Origin: a virus
Virus record (IMG/VR): IMGVR_UViG_3300037797_000117
Location: 32,001 to 96,000 of that record
Reading direction: 5' to 3' (one strand)
DNA: 64,000 nucleotides
Part shown: piece by piece, positions 63,820 to 64,000 of the stretch
Numbering within the stretch: the first letter of the stretch is position 1
How the letters are laid out: every line of letters begins with the position of its first letter
Notes under the pieces: model-generated
The model's input: the letters and a program-made list of their open reading frames with translations, nothing else
Told to the model about the DNA's origin: nothing
Database searches by the model: none
Program-made: the position numbers and the translations under genes

Positions 63820-64000
63820 ACAGCCCGCCATCACCGACCAGGCCATCCAGGCGTACATCGCGGCCGTCATCCGTGAAGCGCCCGCTATGGTCGGCTACCT
63901 CAGCGACCGCGACGTCCGCGCCGGCCTGGCCGACGCCGCACCCCACATCGCCGCCCAAGCCCTCCGCGACGCCGCCGAGGAGGTACTCAAGCCGATGCGC
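63812..64000 (+). CDS. Hypothetical protein, 3' partial
   Basis: RBS AGGAGG, GTG start overlapping the previous stop; AAPHIAAQALRDAA motif. Confidence 0.55.
   Translation, partial: MPEQPAITDQAIQAYIAAVIREAPAMVGYLSDRDVRAGLADAAPHIAAQALRDAAEEVLKPMR

Overview
High-GC actinobacterial siphovirus-type phage or prophage DNA. The host-like SSB, DnaB and small conserved proteins suggest a Micromonosporaceae-like host, which is an inference. Positions 1-13.6 kb hold the tail and lysis module: end of the major tail protein, tail chaperones with a -1 frameshift, a 1553-aa tape measure, distal tail and minor tail proteins, holins, an endolysin and a DNA methyltransferase. Positions 13.7-17.2 kb are a leftward operon containing a structured non-coding gap. 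Positions 17.3-64 kb are a long early/accessory region of many small genes (HNH, DUF932, HEPN, WhiB, RecT-like, ASCH, Cas4-like nuclease, replication initiator, RusA-like, DUF5131, DnaB, SSB, SLOG, MazG-like, XRE). This region is cut into cassettes by at least 17 copies of a sigma70-type promoter (TTG-nnn-N17/18-TAnnnT) whose spacer carries the palindrome CCGTACCC-N-GGGTACGG or one half of it. At 41.7-50.2 kb sits a Streptomyces-plasmid-type single-ATPase (TraB/FtsK) transfer and spread module, so this may be a conjugative phage-plasmid. That module has unusual DNA-level features: about 39 GGTACC palindromes inside one membrane-protein gene in all three frames, a CGTACG repeat cluster, and two tandem 109-aa paralogs, one made from a probable internal start. 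An 85-bp piece of traB also recurs, in frame, inside a small gene 16 kb away. Two candidate structured ncRNAs lie at about 14.2-14.5 kb and 34.28-34.47 kb. No integrase, ParA, capsid or terminase gene is visible in the window. All family assignments come from motif recognition, not database searches.
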